Assembly: GCA_046095485.1 (NCBI GenBank)
Contig: JBJTJN010000059.1
Span: forward strand, 6,565-70,564
DNA length: 64,000 nucleotides
Direction: 5' to 3'
Origin: Actinomycetota bacterium
Lineage (GTDB): Bacteria > Actinomycetota > Thermoleophilia > Miltoncostaeales > Miltoncostaeaceae
In this document: in pieces, positions 1 through 9,317 of the stretch
How the letters are laid out: each line of letters starts with the position of its first letter
Numbering within the stretch: position 1 is the stretch's first letter
Made by a program: the position numbers and the translations under genes
Notes under the pieces: model-generated
Seen by the model: only the letters and a program-made list of their open reading frames with translations
What the model was told of the DNA's origin: nothing
Database searches by the model: none

Positions 1-889
1 GGCGGTGGGCCCCGGGGCCGACCACGAGTGGACGCCCGTGGTGATCGGTGACGACACCCCGTGGGTGCGCGACTTCAGCGGGCGCTGGGGCCGCGACTCG
101 CGCGACCCGTTCGGCGGGGAGTCGGCGCCCACGGGCCCCAAGCACGAGCGCGACGGCATCGACCGCGTGCGGTGGGAGGACCCCCTGGGCTGGGCCGGCA
201 TGCAGAAGGTGGACCCCGACCCGCGTGCGCCCGCCAGGGCAGTGGCCGAGCGACTGGCCAGCGTGCACGCCCGCATCAGGGCGATCGACGACGAGATGGG
301 ACTGCTGCGCACGGCGTCGCGGCGCGAGAACTCCGAGCTTCGCGCGCTGGACGCCGACGTGGTGACGCAGGCCTTGGCAAAGGACCGGCGCGAGGATCTT
401 CACCAGCGCGACGAGGCGATGCTTGCGCTGCGCGACGAGCGGCGCCACCTCACGGCCGAGCGCGACGCCCTGGAGGCGGCCGAGCGCAGGGGGCTGCCCC
501 TCGAGGACCCGCGTGCGCACATGGGCGTGGACTCCGTGCCCGACGAGGCCGAGGACGAGCCGGCCAACGTGCGCAGCAGGCTGCTGCGCGTCTGGGCCGC
601 CATCAGCACGCCGCTGCTCATGATCATCATCGTGTGGCTGCTCGTGGGCGTGGGATCCGGCTACTACTGGGTGGGCGCCGTCGTGGGCGTGCTGCTGGTG
701 ATGGGCTTCGAGGCGCTGGCCCGGCGGCGCCTGATCTCATTCATCGTGTGGGTGGCGCTCATCGCCATCGGCACGAGCATCGTCATCGGCCTCGTGCAAC
801 GGTGGCAGTGGACCCTCGCGGTGCTCCTCATCATCGGCGCCGCCGTCTTGCTGGCGCAGAACCTGAAGGAACTTCGCGCAAGTCGGTAG
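1..889 (+). CDS. membrane protein, C-terminal part (5' end outside the window)
   Basis: ORF 5..889 is open to the window edge. It has a soluble Trp/Arg/Asp-rich region, then an Arg/Glu/Ala coiled-coil-like stretch (LRALDADVVTQALAKDRREDLHQRDEAMLALRDERRHLTAERDALEAAERR), then four hydrophobic helices (LLMIIIVWLLVGVG, WVGAVVGVLLVMGF, FIVWVALIAIGTSIVIGLV, LAVLLIIGAAVLLA). No family recognised. Confidence 0.55.
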   Translation, partial: AVGPGADHEWTPVVIGDDTPWVRDFSGRWGRDSRDPFGGESAPTGPKHERDGIDRVRWEDPLGWAGMQKVDPDPRAPARAVAERLASVHARIRAIDDEMGLLRTASRRENSELRALDADVVTQALAKDRREDLHQRDEAMLALRDERRHLTAERDALEAAERRGLPLEDPRAHMGVDSVPDEAEDEPANVRSRLLRVWAAISTPLLMIIIVWLLVGVGSGYYWVGAVVGVLLVMGFEALARRRLISFIVWVALIAIGTSIVIGLVQRWQWTLAVLLIIGAAVLLAQNLKELRASR

Positions 890-998
890 CGCGCATTGCA
901 TGCCCGTAAGGGGGATGTGCAGGCCTTGTTGCGAATGAGTGCCACATGTTCCGGGGGAACCGCCACGCCTGGGCACCGGGTCTAGCCTCGGGGCCCTC

Positions 999-2345
999 AT
1001 GAGCACCACTCATCGCCCTTCCCGGCGCCACGCGCTGGTGGCCGTCACCGTGGCCACGCCCTTCGTGGCGATCGGCGCCCTCACGGCCGTCGCGCTGGCC
1101 CAGCCGCCGGCCGACCGGCAGGCGGCGCAGTCGTTCGCCTTCGGGCAGGACGCCGCGCGCGAGCTGAAGAAGGCGCGCGCATGGGCGGGACCGGTGGCGG
1201 CGCTCGAGCTGCAACGCGATGCCACGCGGCGCGAGCTGGTGATGCTCATGACGCCGGTGCTCGGCCTGCCGGCCGGCCCCATCGGGTTGGCATGGCGCGA
1301 CATCGCGGCCGACGACCCACAGGGCGCCGCGGCCAAGGCCGCCTTCGAGAAGGGCTGGCTCGCGGCGGCCGGCGACGCCCTGGCGCTTGATACGCCCCTC
1401 ACCGGCCACGACGCCAACCGCGCGTGGACGCTCGGTCTGCGCATGGGCAGGGCCGTGGCGCGCATGGGCCAGTTCCGCGATGGCGCCGGACGCACGTTCA
1501 CGCTGCCCGAGGGATTCGGCACGTCCATCACTGCGCGCGAGGCCGGCCTGCGCCGCAACTACCCGTCGAGCGACGACCAGTACGAGCGCCACGACTCGCA
1601 ACCGCTGCGCCTGGCCGACCTGCTGCTCATGGCATCGCGCGGCCGGTACATCCGGCGGGCGGGTATCCCGTCATCGGTGCGCGCGCTGCAAGGCTTCACG
1701 ATCCCCGCCGTCGATCCCATCTTCGTGCCCACGGTGCAGCGTGCCCTCTCACAGGTGGGCAACCCCTACGTGTGGGGTGGAGAGTGGACCGACCAGAACT
1801 CGCCGCTCGACCGCCAGGCGGCGGGCGGCTACGACTGCTCGGGGCTGGTCTGGTACGTGTGGAACACCGGCGACCGCGCGGCCGAGGCGCAGATCAACAT
1901 GCCGAGCGGGCGCACCACGTACACCATGAACGTCGGCAAGCGCGGCAAGCGCATCGCCTGGCAGCGGGCGCAGGCGGGCGACCTGGTGTTCTTCGGATCG
2001 GGGGGGCGCCGCACGCCGCTGAGCCAGGCATCGCACATGTCCATCAGCCTCGGCAACAAGTGGATCATCCATTCGTCGGGCGGCCGCGGCGGCGTGAGCA
2101 TCTCGTACCTGCCCACCTACTGGCCGAGCGGCCTCATGAATGCCCGCAGCTTCCGCGTGGACGCCACCACGCCGGCGGCGCCCGACCAGCCCACCACGGC
2201 ACCTCCGGCTACCACCACGCCCGAGCCCGTGACGCCCGCGCCCATCACCACGCCCAGCCCCGGCACGCCGCAGGCACCGGCGCCGTCGCCGCAGCCCGCT
2301 CCGGGCCCCGGGGCACCGCAGGCGCCGGCGCCGGCGCCGGGCTAG
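999..2345 (+). CDS. secreted NlpC/P60-family cell-wall hydrolase with Pro/Thr-rich C-terminal tail
   Basis: ORF 939..2345, with the start moved to ATG 999. This gives a signal-like N-terminus (MSTTHRPSRRHALVAVTVATPFVAIGALTAVALA), and a TAGCCT box lies at 983-988. NlpC/P60 core: GNPYVWGGEW, GGYDCSGLVWYVW (catalytic Cys), GDLVFFG, SHMSISLGNKWIIHSSG (His). The tail is rich in P/T/A. Confidence 0.85.
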   Translation: MSTTHRPSRRHALVAVTVATPFVAIGALTAVALAQPPADRQAAQSFAFGQDAARELKKARAWAGPVAALELQRDATRRELVMLMTPVLGLPAGPIGLAWRDIAADDPQGAAAKAAFEKGWLAAAGDALALDTPLTGHDANRAWTLGLRMGRAVARMGQFRDGAGRTFTLPEGFGTSITAREAGLRRNYPSSDDQYERHDSQPLRLADLLLMASRGRYIRRAGIPSSVRALQGFTIPAVDPIFVPTVQRALSQVGNPYVWGGEWTDQNSPLDRQAAGGYDCSGLVWYVWNTGDRAAEAQINMPSGRTTYTMNVGKRGKRIAWQRAQAGDLVFFGSGGRRTPLSQASHMSISLGNKWIIHSSGGRGGVSISYLPTYWPSGLMNARSFRVDATTPAAPDQPTTAPPATTTPEPVTPAPITTPSPGTPQAPAPSPQPAPGPGAPQAPAPAPG

Positions 2346-2358
2346 GTGCAGCGCCCGG

Positions 2359-3462
2359 CTAGGCCGGAAGCGGGGCGAAGAGGTAGTGCGACACCATGAA
2401 CTCGTCGCCGCCCCGGTAGCCCCACAGCCCCGCGCAGGCGAGGAAGAACAGCCGCCAGCGGCGGAACCACCTCTCCCCCTCGCCGGGGTGGTCGCGATCC
2501 ATGATTGCCACCACGCGGTCGCGGTTGGCCACGAGGTTGTCGTCCCAGTGCAGGGCCGTGCGCGCATAGTGGCGCCCCGACACCCGCCAGTGGTCCTGCA
2601 CGGCGAAGCGTCCCGAGGCGGCGTGCAGCAGCAGGTCGTCCGACGGCATGGTGCCCCCGGTGAAGAAGTGGCGGCCGATCCAGTCGCTGTGGTCGTCCTC
2701 GCTGAACTCGAAGGCGATGTCGCGGTGGGTGAATACGTGCACGAAGAACAGCCCGCCGGGGCGAAGCCACCCCTGGATGCGCGCGAACAGCGCCTGGTGG
2801 TTCTTCACGTGCTCGAGCATCTCCACGCTCACCACGCGGTCGAATGAGTCGTCGGGCAACTCGAGGGTGGTGACGTCGTGGGTAATCACCGTGACGTTGC
2901 CGAGGCCGCGCTCGCGCGCCTGCCGCTCGATGTGCTCGCGCTGGCCGGCGGAGTTGCTCACGGCCGTGACGCGGCTGGCCGGGTAGCGCTCGGCCATCCA
3001 GAGGGTGAGCGACCCCCAGCCGCAGCCAAGCTCCAGCACGTCCTGGCCATCCTCCAGCTGCGCCCGCGCGCAGGTGAGCGCCAGCATGGCGTCCTCGGCC
3101 AGGGCCAGGTCGTCCACGCCGGGCGGATACAGGCACGAGGAGTACTTGAGGCGCGGCCCGAGGCAGGCCTCGAAGAACTCCGCCGGCACCTCGTAGTGCT
3201 GCTCGTTGGCTGCGTCGGCGCGCACGGCCACCGGTGCCGCGGCAAGGCGCCGGCGCAGCGCCCGGGCGCGCTCGCTCTCGGCATCGGTGCCGCCGCGCCT
3301 CTCGCGCCGCAGCCGCGTGGCCACGCGCGCGCGTATCGCCGCGAGCAGCACCGGGCGCGGCACGTCGTGATCTTCCGCCAGCCGGATGTACCAGGGCTCC
3401 ACACTCCGAGCGTAACGGCCCGCGTCGTGCGAGTCTCCCCCCATCGGATACGGCGCGATCAT
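2359..3462 (-). CDS. SAM-dependent methyltransferase, cyclopropane-fatty-acyl-phospholipid synthase family
   Basis: ORF 2359..3696. SAM-binding region [30 protein letters not shown], plus [12 protein letters not shown] and [14 protein letters not shown], all typical of Cfa/mycolic-acid methyltransferases. The first 78 codons of the ORF are antisense to the next gene, so the start is placed at ATG 3462 (ATG 3477 or 3483 are also possible). Confidence 0.8.
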   Translation of the reverse strand: MIAPYPMGGDSHDAGRYARSVEPWYIRLAEDHDVPRPVLLAAIRARVATRLRRERRGGTDAESERARALRRRLAAAPVAVRADAANEQHYEVPAEFFEACLGPRLKYSSCLYPPGVDDLALAEDAMLALTCARAQLEDGQDVLELGCGWGSLTLWMAERYPASRVTAVSNSAGQREHIERQARERGLGNVTVITHDVTTLELPDDSFDRVVSVEMLEHVKNHQALFARIQGWLRPGGLFFVHVFTHRDIAFEFSEDDHSDWIGRHFFTGGTMPSDDLLLHAASGRFAVQDHWRVSGRHYARTALHWDDNLVANRDRVVAIMDRDHPGEGERWFRRWRLFFLACAGLWGYRGGDEFMVSHYLFAPLPA

Positions 3463-4219
3463 GCTCACCTCGGCCATCGTCATCCTGGCGATCGTCGTGA
3501 TCACCTGGCTCGTCAGCCTGGCGCTGCGCGATGCCAGCGTGATCGACCCGGTATGGCCACTGGGCTTCGTGGCCGTTGCCATCACCGCGTTCGTCGCCGG
3601 CGACGGCGACGAGGGCCGCCGGTTGCTCATCCTCGTGCTGGTGGCGATCTGGGGCCTGCGGCTGTCGGCGTACCTCACCTGGCGCAACCACGGCAAGGGC
3701 GAGGACTTCCGCTATGCCGCCATGCGCGAGAAGCGGGGGCCGTCATTCTGGATCGTCAGCCTCGTGACCATCTTCATCCTGCAGGGCGTGCTCATGTGGG
3801 TGGTGTCACTGCCGGTGCAGCTGGCCGCCGTTCCCGAGCGTGGCCTCGGCCTGCTTGCCGTGGCGGGCGTGGCGGCCTGGGCCATCGGCTTCGGGTTCGA
3901 GGCCATCGGCGACTGGCAACTGGCCCGGTTCAAGGCCGACCCCGCCAACAAGGGCCGCGTGCTCGACACCGGCCTCTGGCGCTACACGCGCCACCCCAAC
4001 TACTTCGGCGACTTCATGGTGTGGTGGGGAATCTTCCTCATCGCGGCCGAGAGCGGTGCCGGCGCATGGGGGTTCATCGGCCCGATCCTCATGACCGTGC
4101 TGCTGGTAAAGGTGTCGGGGGCGGGACTGCTGGAGAAGGACATCGCCGAGCGGCGCCCCGGATACGCCGAGTACGTGAGCCGCACGAGCGGGTTCTTCCC
4201 CCGCCCGCCGAAGCCCTAG
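3461..4219 (+). CDS. DUF1295 / steroid-5-alpha-reductase-like integral membrane protein
   Basis: ORF 3461..4219. Multi-pass membrane protein with the C-terminal motif [25 protein letters not shown], characteristic of the DUF1295/ICMT-like family. These genes are frequent neighbours of cfa genes. Confidence 0.75.
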   Translation: MLTSAIVILAIVVITWLVSLALRDASVIDPVWPLGFVAVAITAFVAGDGDEGRRLLILVLVAIWGLRLSAYLTWRNHGKGEDFRYAAMREKRGPSFWIVSLVTIFILQGVLMWVVSLPVQLAAVPERGLGLLAVAGVAAWAIGFGFEAIGDWQLARFKADPANKGRVLDTGLWRYTRHPNYFGDFMVWWGIFLIAAESGAGAWGFIGPILMTVLLVKVSGAGLLEKDIAERRPGYAEYVSRTSGFFPRPPKP

Positions 4220-4223
4220 GGCG

Positions 4224-4709
4224 CTACTCGGCCTCGGCCGCGGTGCCGGGCGGCAGCAGGATCACCGGGCACGACGCATGCCGGGCGAGGTGCCCGCTGA
4301 ACGAGCCCACGAACTTCGCCATGCGCGCGAGGGGGTCGCCATGCGATGCCGCCACGATGGCGTCCACGCCGTTGTCGTCGGCCCAGCGCACCACGGCATC
4401 GGGAGCCGAGTCGGCATCGTGCGGGTCGAGCAGAACGGGTTCCGCGCCCGGGATGTCCTCGCACACCACCTCGAGCAGCCCCTGCGCGATCTCCTGGTGG
4501 GCAGCGGAGTTGTCGCCCAACGGCGATCCTCCGAACGCGGTGCCGATGGCCGCGAGGAACGACTCGCTGAAGGGCGGGCCGCCCATCACGTGCACCACCG
4601 AGAGCCTGCCGCCATCGGCGCGCACCTGCAGGGCCAGGTGCACCACGGCCTCGGTGACGGGCGACTCATCAACGCATGCCACCACGTGGCTGAACGGTCC
4701 CGTGCTCAC
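4224..4709 (-). CDS. universal stress protein (UspA family)
   Basis: C-terminal 162 codons of ORF 4224..5705. Motifs: HVVACVDESP, LSVVHV, VDAIVAASHGDPLARMAKFVGSFSGHLARHASCPVILLP. GTG 4709 is preceded by TACTCT 6 nt upstream (leaderless-type). The rest of the ORF is antisense to the neighbouring gene. Confidence 0.8.
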   Translation of the reverse strand: MSTGPFSHVVACVDESPVTEAVVHLALQVRADGGRLSVVHVMGGPPFSESFLAAIGTAFGGSPLGDNSAAHQEIAQGLLEVVCEDIPGAEPVLLDPHDADSAPDAVVRWADDNGVDAIVAASHGDPLARMAKFVGSFSGHLARHASCPVILLPPGTAAEAE

Positions 4710-4778
4710 GTCGCCAGAGTATCCGGACCGCTCACCCGTGGCCCCGCCGCTGCCGAGCCGCGGGGTAGCATGGCGGCA

Positions 4779-5546
4779 ATGGGTCTGAGAAAGCGCTTCC
4801 TCGTGGTGGTCGTGGGCGTTCCCGGCAGCCCTGCCGAGGCCCAGCGCAGTGAGGTGGGCCGCTTCCGCAGCATGGGCGCCGCCGAGCAGGCGGGCCAGGA
4901 CGAGTGGCGGCGCATCCTCTTCGTGCATGCGCCCCATGTGGACCGCTACCGCATCGTCATCGAGGATGACGGCGTTGAGGTGGGCGAGGTGCCCATGCCG
5001 GAGCTTCCCGCCGATGCCGGGCCGGGAATCCTCGACGAGACCGTCACCCCGCTGGGTGCCAGCAGCGTCGGGGCCCTCGGCGAGCCCATCGAGGAGCAGG
5101 CCGACGACGAGCCCGAGCCGGAGCCCGAACCGGAGCCCGAACCCGAGCCGGAGCCGGTGCCGGAGCCCGCGCCCGAGCCCCCGGTAGCCGCCGAGGCCGT
5201 CGCCGCAGTAGCGGTGGTGGCGGCAGCCGATGAGCCCGAGGCCATCGAGGCCACGGGTGAGCTCGAGGTGGTCGTCGATGAGGACGACCTCGCGGCCACC
5301 GGCGAGCACAAGGGGCTCGCCGACGAGGTGGCGGCCGATGACGTCTCGGCCACCGGGGAGGTGCCGGTGATCGCCCCCGCTGGTGACGCCGAGCCCGCGG
5401 CTGCCCCGCGCCCCTACATGGAGATCGAGGATCCTCCGGACGGCCCCGTGCCGGAGGACGTCATCGCCCGGTTCGCCGCGATGGTGGAGGCCGATAAGGA
5501 GCGCGAGTCGCGCCGCGCGGAGCGGGAGCGTGGCGACGCGGGCTGA
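4779..5546 (+). CDS. acidic hypothetical protein with (Glu-Pro)n repeat
   Basis: 3' part of ORF 4278..5546. The start is chosen at ATG 4779 (TAGCAT at 4766-4771, 7 nt upstream); ATG 4770 is also possible. The N-terminal part looks like a small folded domain (MGLRKRFLVVVVGVPGSP...). It is followed by DDEPEPEPEPEPEPEPEPVPEPAPEPP and an acidic Ala/Glu/Asp-rich tail. No family recognised. Confidence 0.6.
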   Translation: MGLRKRFLVVVVGVPGSPAEAQRSEVGRFRSMGAAEQAGQDEWRRILFVHAPHVDRYRIVIEDDGVEVGEVPMPELPADAGPGILDETVTPLGASSVGALGEPIEEQADDEPEPEPEPEPEPEPEPVPEPAPEPPVAAEAVAAVAVVAAADEPEAIEATGELEVVVDEDDLAATGEHKGLADEVAADDVSATGEVPVIAPAGDAEPAAAPRPYMEIEDPPDGPVPEDVIARFAAMVEADKERESRRAERERGDAG

Positions 5547-5547
5547 A

Positions 5548-5568
5548 CCCGCGGCGGAGGACCGCGGG
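5548..5568 (+). terminator. stem-loop just after the stop of the EP-repeat gene
   Basis: CCCGCGG-cggagga-CCGCGGG, a 7-bp stem with a 7-nt loop, starting 2 nt after TGA 5544-5546. No T-tract. Confidence 0.3.
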
Positions 5569-5673
5569 CTCGCCCGCGTGTGGGGGCTCGTGGCGGGTGG
5601 CCCTTCTGGACGGCTCGGCCACGATCGAGTCGTGCCCGGGCCGGGGCACGACGGTGGTGATGGAGATCCCCTC

Positions 5674-5865
5674 CTAGACGGCCGCCGCCGCGTCGGCGCG
5701 ATCACGCAGGGTCATCATGCGCTCCCACGCCTTCTGCTCGGCCGCGGCATGCGACTCGGCGTCTGCGTAGAGGTGCGAGCCACGTGAGATGGCCAGGTAA
5801 TCGGCCATGGCGCGCTCGAGTTCCTCATGCGCGTTGCGGAACTGGTAGGCGACTTCTGCAGTCAT
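5674..5865 (-). CDS. small helical hypothetical protein (63 aa)
   Basis: ORF 5674..5865 (MTAEVAYQFRNAHEELERAMADYLAISRGSHLYADAESHAAAEQKAWERMMTLRDRADAAAAV). Its composition is non-Arg/Gly-biased, unlike the spurious frames. It fills an otherwise empty gap. Translation signals are weak. Confidence 0.4.
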   Translation of the reverse strand: MTAEVAYQFRNAHEELERAMADYLAISRGSHLYADAESHAAAEQKAWERMMTLRDRADAAAAV

Positions 5866-5904
5866 CTCGGCAGTGCTCCCGCGTAGGGGTTCCGTGGAGG
5901 AAAA

Positions 5905-6543
5905 TTATCCGCCGGTCCGGACGTCACGCAGCAGAACGCGGCGCGCCTGCAGCCCATCGGGGCCCACCTCGATGATGCCCACGGCGGATGCCCGCTCGTC
6001 ATCGGTCATTCCCGCCCGAAAGCGCATGTACGCACGGCCTTTGACACCGGTGCGCTCACTCGCGTCGCGCTCCTCGGGTATGTAGACGGCGCCCGGCGAG
6101 AACACCCGCGTTCCCCTCACCTGGGTGTCCACCGGCATGTGTAGGTGGCCGTGCACGATGAGGTCCACGGGGCCCAGCCGACGGCGCATGTGACGATGCA
6201 GCCCGAGCAGCACGACCTTGCGGCGCACGAGGCTCAGCCCCGCCGCCGGTATCTCGATGCCCCGCGTGCGGCGCCCGTGCACGAGGCCGATGCGCCGCCC
6301 GCGCACGCGCACCACCCGCTCGCGCGGGAGGTCGATGCCGGCCAGGAGGTCGTGATCGCCCTGCACGGCCACCACCGGCGCGATGCGCTCGAGGTCGTCG
6401 ATCACGCTGGTGCAGGTGAGGTCACCTGCGTGCAGGATGAGGTCGCAGCCCTCGAGGGCCGCGGGCACCTCGGGGGGCAGCGTGGGCAGCACCTCGCCCA
6501 CGTGCGTGTCGGCCACCACGCCGATGCGGATGGTGCCGCTCAG
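5905..6543 (-). CDS. YfcE/MJ0936-type metallophosphoesterase
   Basis: 3' part of ORF 5905..6954. Motifs: IRIGVVADTHVG, LILHAGDL, VAVQGDHD, LIVHGHLHMP. The first strand (RIGVV) lies upstream of the first in-frame GTG (6519). The start is therefore proposed at CTG 6543-6541, which overlaps the fabI stop (CTGA). Confidence 0.75.
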   Translation of the reverse strand: MSGTIRIGVVADTHVGEVLPTLPPEVPAALEGCDLILHAGDLTCTSVIDDLERIAPVVAVQGDHDLLAGIDLPRERVVRVRGRRIGLVHGRRTRGIEIPAAGLSLVRRKVVLLGLHRHMRRRLGPVDLIVHGHLHMPVDTQVRGTRVFSPGAVYIPEERDASERTGVKGRAYMRFRAGMTDDERASAVGIIEVGPDGLQARRVLLRDVRTGG

Positions 6544-7322
6544 ATGGCCGTCGCGTGGTAACCGGCGTCCACGTGCAGGGTCTCGCCGGTCACCGCCCGC
6601 GCGAGGTCCGAGCACAGGAAGAGCGCAGCGTCGGCCACCTCGTCGGCGTCGATGGGGCGGCGCAGGGGGGAGCGCTCGGTGGCGTTGTCCACCATGTCGC
6701 CGAACCCCGGGATGCCGCGGGCGGCGAGCGTGCGCACCGGGCCCGCCGACAGGGCGTTCACGCGCACGTTGTCGGGGCCCATGTCCCAGGCGAGGTAGCG
6801 CACGATGCTCTCGAGCGCCGACTTCGCGATGCCCATCACGTTGTAGCCCGGAACCGCGCGCTCGGCCGCCACGTAGCTCATGGTCACGATGGCACCGCCG
6901 CCGGCGTCGCGCATGTGCGGCTCCACGCGCTCGGCCAGCCGCTTGAGCGACCACGACGAGATATCCAGCGCAAGCTGGAAGCCATCATCCGAGACGTCCA
7001 TGAAGCGGCCGCCGAGGTCCTCCACCTTCCCGAAGGCCACGGCGTGCACGAGGATGTCAATGCCGCCCAGCGCCTCGGCCGTGCCTGCCACGGCGGCGTC
7101 GAGCTCGGCGTCATCGGTGACGTCGAGCGGCAGCACGGGCACCGGCCCGTTGGAGAGCTCACCGGCCAGCTTGCGCACGTCCTTCTCCACGCGCTCGCCC
7201 TGGAAGGTGAGCGCCACGCGCGCACCCTGCTCATCGAGCCGTCGCGCGATGGCCCACGCGATGCTGCGCTTGTTGGCCACGCCCACCACCAGCGCGCGCT
7301 TGCCCTCGACGATCCCGCTCAC
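6540..7322 (-). CDS. fabI: enoyl-[acyl-carrier-protein] reductase (NADH)
   Basis: ORF 6540..7322. MSGIVEGKRALVVGVANKRSIAWAIARRL, YNVMGIAKSALES (Tyr/Lys catalytic pair) and GETLHVDAGYH, typical of FabI. GAGGGA Shine-Dalgarno upstream of GTG 7322. Confidence 0.92.
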   Translation of the reverse strand: MSGIVEGKRALVVGVANKRSIAWAIARRLDEQGARVALTFQGERVEKDVRKLAGELSNGPVPVLPLDVTDDAELDAAVAGTAEALGGIDILVHAVAFGKVEDLGGRFMDVSDDGFQLALDISSWSLKRLAERVEPHMRDAGGGAIVTMSYVAAERAVPGYNVMGIAKSALESIVRYLAWDMGPDNVRVNALSAGPVRTLAARGIPGFGDMVDNATERSPLRRPIDADEVADAALFLCSDLARAVTGETLHVDAGYHATAI

Positions 7323-7374
7323 GTGTCATCCCTCGCGTTCTCCAGCTGACCGCAGCAGGCTAGCCTGCGGGGCC

Positions 7375-8823
7375 GTGCGATTCCCCGCCAAGCCACTGAC
7401 GAGGGCCCTTGCGGCACTGATGCTCGCCGTGGCCTGCGCATTGGCCTTCGCGCCCGGCGCCATGGCGCACGCCCTGGTGGATCAGATCACCCCCGCCGAC
7501 CGCGCGCGACTCGACTCGGGGCCCGGTCGGGTGGAGGTGCGCTTCACCGAGCCCGTGCAGCTGCTGCAGCAGTCGGACCTGACCGTGGTGGACTCCCGGG
7601 GCGAGCCGGTGAGCAGCGGCCCCGGAGCGGTGCAGCAGGGCAACGCGTCGGTGATCGAGGTGCCGGTGCGCCCCCGCCTGGCCCCGGGCTCGTACACCGT
7701 GCGCTGGCGCGTGGTGTCGGCCGACGGGCACATCATCCCCGGTGCATCGGTGTTCGCCGTGGGCGACGTGCCGCTGGCCGCGCCCTACCTGGGTGGCCCG
7801 GGAGGCGGCGAGGGCCCCACCGAGACATCCGCCTGGTCGGTGACGGCCCGATGGGTGGAACTGGTCGGGATCGGCGGCCTGCTGGCGCTGCTGCTGTTCC
7901 GCGTGCTCATATGGCGACAGGCATGGAGGCCGCCGCCGCGGATGCCGGGGGGCGAGCGCGACGCCGCGCTGTCGTGGGCGCGCGACGCCTGGTGGATCGG
8001 CTTCGGCGCGCTGGCCCTGGTGGCGCTGGTGGGCGAGGCCCTCGTGCTGGTGGTGAAGACCGCGGCGTCGATGGGCACGAGCGTGTGGGGAGCGCTGGCC
8101 GACCCCGCGGGCATCGTGCGCGTGCTGGCCGACACGCGGTTCGGCGACCTGCTGCAGATCCGCACCCTCGCGCTGTTCGTGCTGTTCGCGCTCGGGGTGT
8201 GGCGGTTCCTGGTGGAGTACCGCAGCGACGATGCGCCCGAGCCGAAGGACGCCGACGGCGGCCTCGTGTCGATGCTCATCATGATGGTTCCGGCGCTCGT
8301 GGCCATTGGGTCGCTCTCGGCCCAGGGGCATGCGTCCACCACCGATATGCCGGCGCTGCAGGTGCCGGTGGACGCCCTGCATGCCGCCATGGCCAGCGCA
8401 TGGATCGGCGGTCTGGCAATCGTCACGGTGTTCCTGCTGCGCCTTCCCCGGGTTGCCGGTGCGGGCGGGCGACTGGTGGGCGGGCTCTCGCTCGCGCGGT
8501 TCTCAGGCCTGGCGGTGATCGCCGTGGCGCTCCTGGTGGCGAGCGGCGTGGTGCGGGCGTTCGGCCAGATGACGTCCCCCGCCGACCTGTGGCAGACCTC
8601 CTACGGCTGGACGATCCTCGTGAAGATCGGCCTGCTCGCCGTGGCGATCGTGCTCGCCCTGCGCACGCGGCGCGTGGTGAGCGCCCTTCGCCGCCGCCCG
8701 GGGCCGCCCAACATCGCCACCTTGGCGCTGGTGCGCAGAGGCGCCTGGGTGGAGATCGCCGTCACGCTGGTGATCGTGGCCTTCTCGGCGCTGCTCGTGG
8801 GCCAGGTGCCCCCGATCTCATGA
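7375..8823 (+). CDS. CopC-CopD fusion copper resistance/uptake membrane protein (YcnJ-like)
   Basis: 3' part of ORF 6880..8823; the 5' part is antisense to fabI. GTG 7375 has TAGCCT 8 nt upstream. Signal peptide ends ...AFAPGAMA, followed by the mature His (HALVDQITPA...). CopC-like beta domain (YTVRWRVVSADGHIIPG), then about 8 hydrophobic helices typical of CopD. Confidence 0.8.
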   Translation: MRFPAKPLTRALAALMLAVACALAFAPGAMAHALVDQITPADRARLDSGPGRVEVRFTEPVQLLQQSDLTVVDSRGEPVSSGPGAVQQGNASVIEVPVRPRLAPGSYTVRWRVVSADGHIIPGASVFAVGDVPLAAPYLGGPGGGEGPTETSAWSVTARWVELVGIGGLLALLLFRVLIWRQAWRPPPRMPGGERDAALSWARDAWWIGFGALALVALVGEALVLVVKTAASMGTSVWGALADPAGIVRVLADTRFGDLLQIRTLALFVLFALGVWRFLVEYRSDDAPEPKDADGGLVSMLIMMVPALVAIGSLSAQGHASTTDMPALQVPVDALHAAMASAWIGGLAIVTVFLLRLPRVAGAGGRLVGGLSLARFSGLAVIAVALLVASGVVRAFGQMTSPADLWQTSYGWTILVKIGLLAVAIVLALRTRRVVSALRRRPGPPNIATLALVRRGAWVEIAVTLVIVAFSALLVGQVPPIS

Positions 8824-9308
8824 CCACCCTCGTGCTCATGCGCCACGGCGTGGCCGAAGACGACAACCCCGGTGGCGACGCCGCGCGCCGCCTCACGCCC
8901 GAGGGCCTCGAGCGCGCCGGCCTGGCCGCGCAGGGGCTGGTGGCGCTGGGGGTGCGACCCGACCTGGTGGTGACCAGCCCGCTGGTGCGCTGCCGGCAGA
9001 CGGCCGAGCTGGTGGCGGGCGCGGCGGGCTGCCCGATGGACGACGACCTGCGACTCGCGCCCGGCATGAGCGCATCCGACCTGCTCGAGGTGATGCTCGA
9101 TCATCCCGACGCCGCAACCCTGCTCGCGTGCACGCACCAGCCCGGGCTCACCTACGCGCTGGCCGACCTCACCGGGTGCGGTCAGATCGGCTTCAAGCGA
9201 CCGGGCGCCGCGGTGGTGGAACTCCAGGCGCCGCGGCTGGGCGCGGGCCGCCTGGTGGCCGTGCTGCCGCCGCGCGTGCTGCGCGCGGCGGCCGTGCCGC
9301 ACACGTAG
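8820..9308 (+). CDS. sixA: phosphohistidine phosphatase SixA family
   Basis: 3' part of ORF 7851..9308. ATG 8820 overlaps the copCD stop (ATGA). MTTLVLMRHGVAE (RHG motif), LTPEGL, and THQPG in the C-terminal half. Confidence 0.75.
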   Translation: MTTLVLMRHGVAEDDNPGGDAARRLTPEGLERAGLAAQGLVALGVRPDLVVTSPLVRCRQTAELVAGAAGCPMDDDLRLAPGMSASDLLEVMLDHPDAATLLACTHQPGLTYALADLTGCGQIGFKRPGAAVVELQAPRLGAGRLVAVLPPRVLRAAAVPHT

Positions 9309-9317
9309 GGGCGGGCC

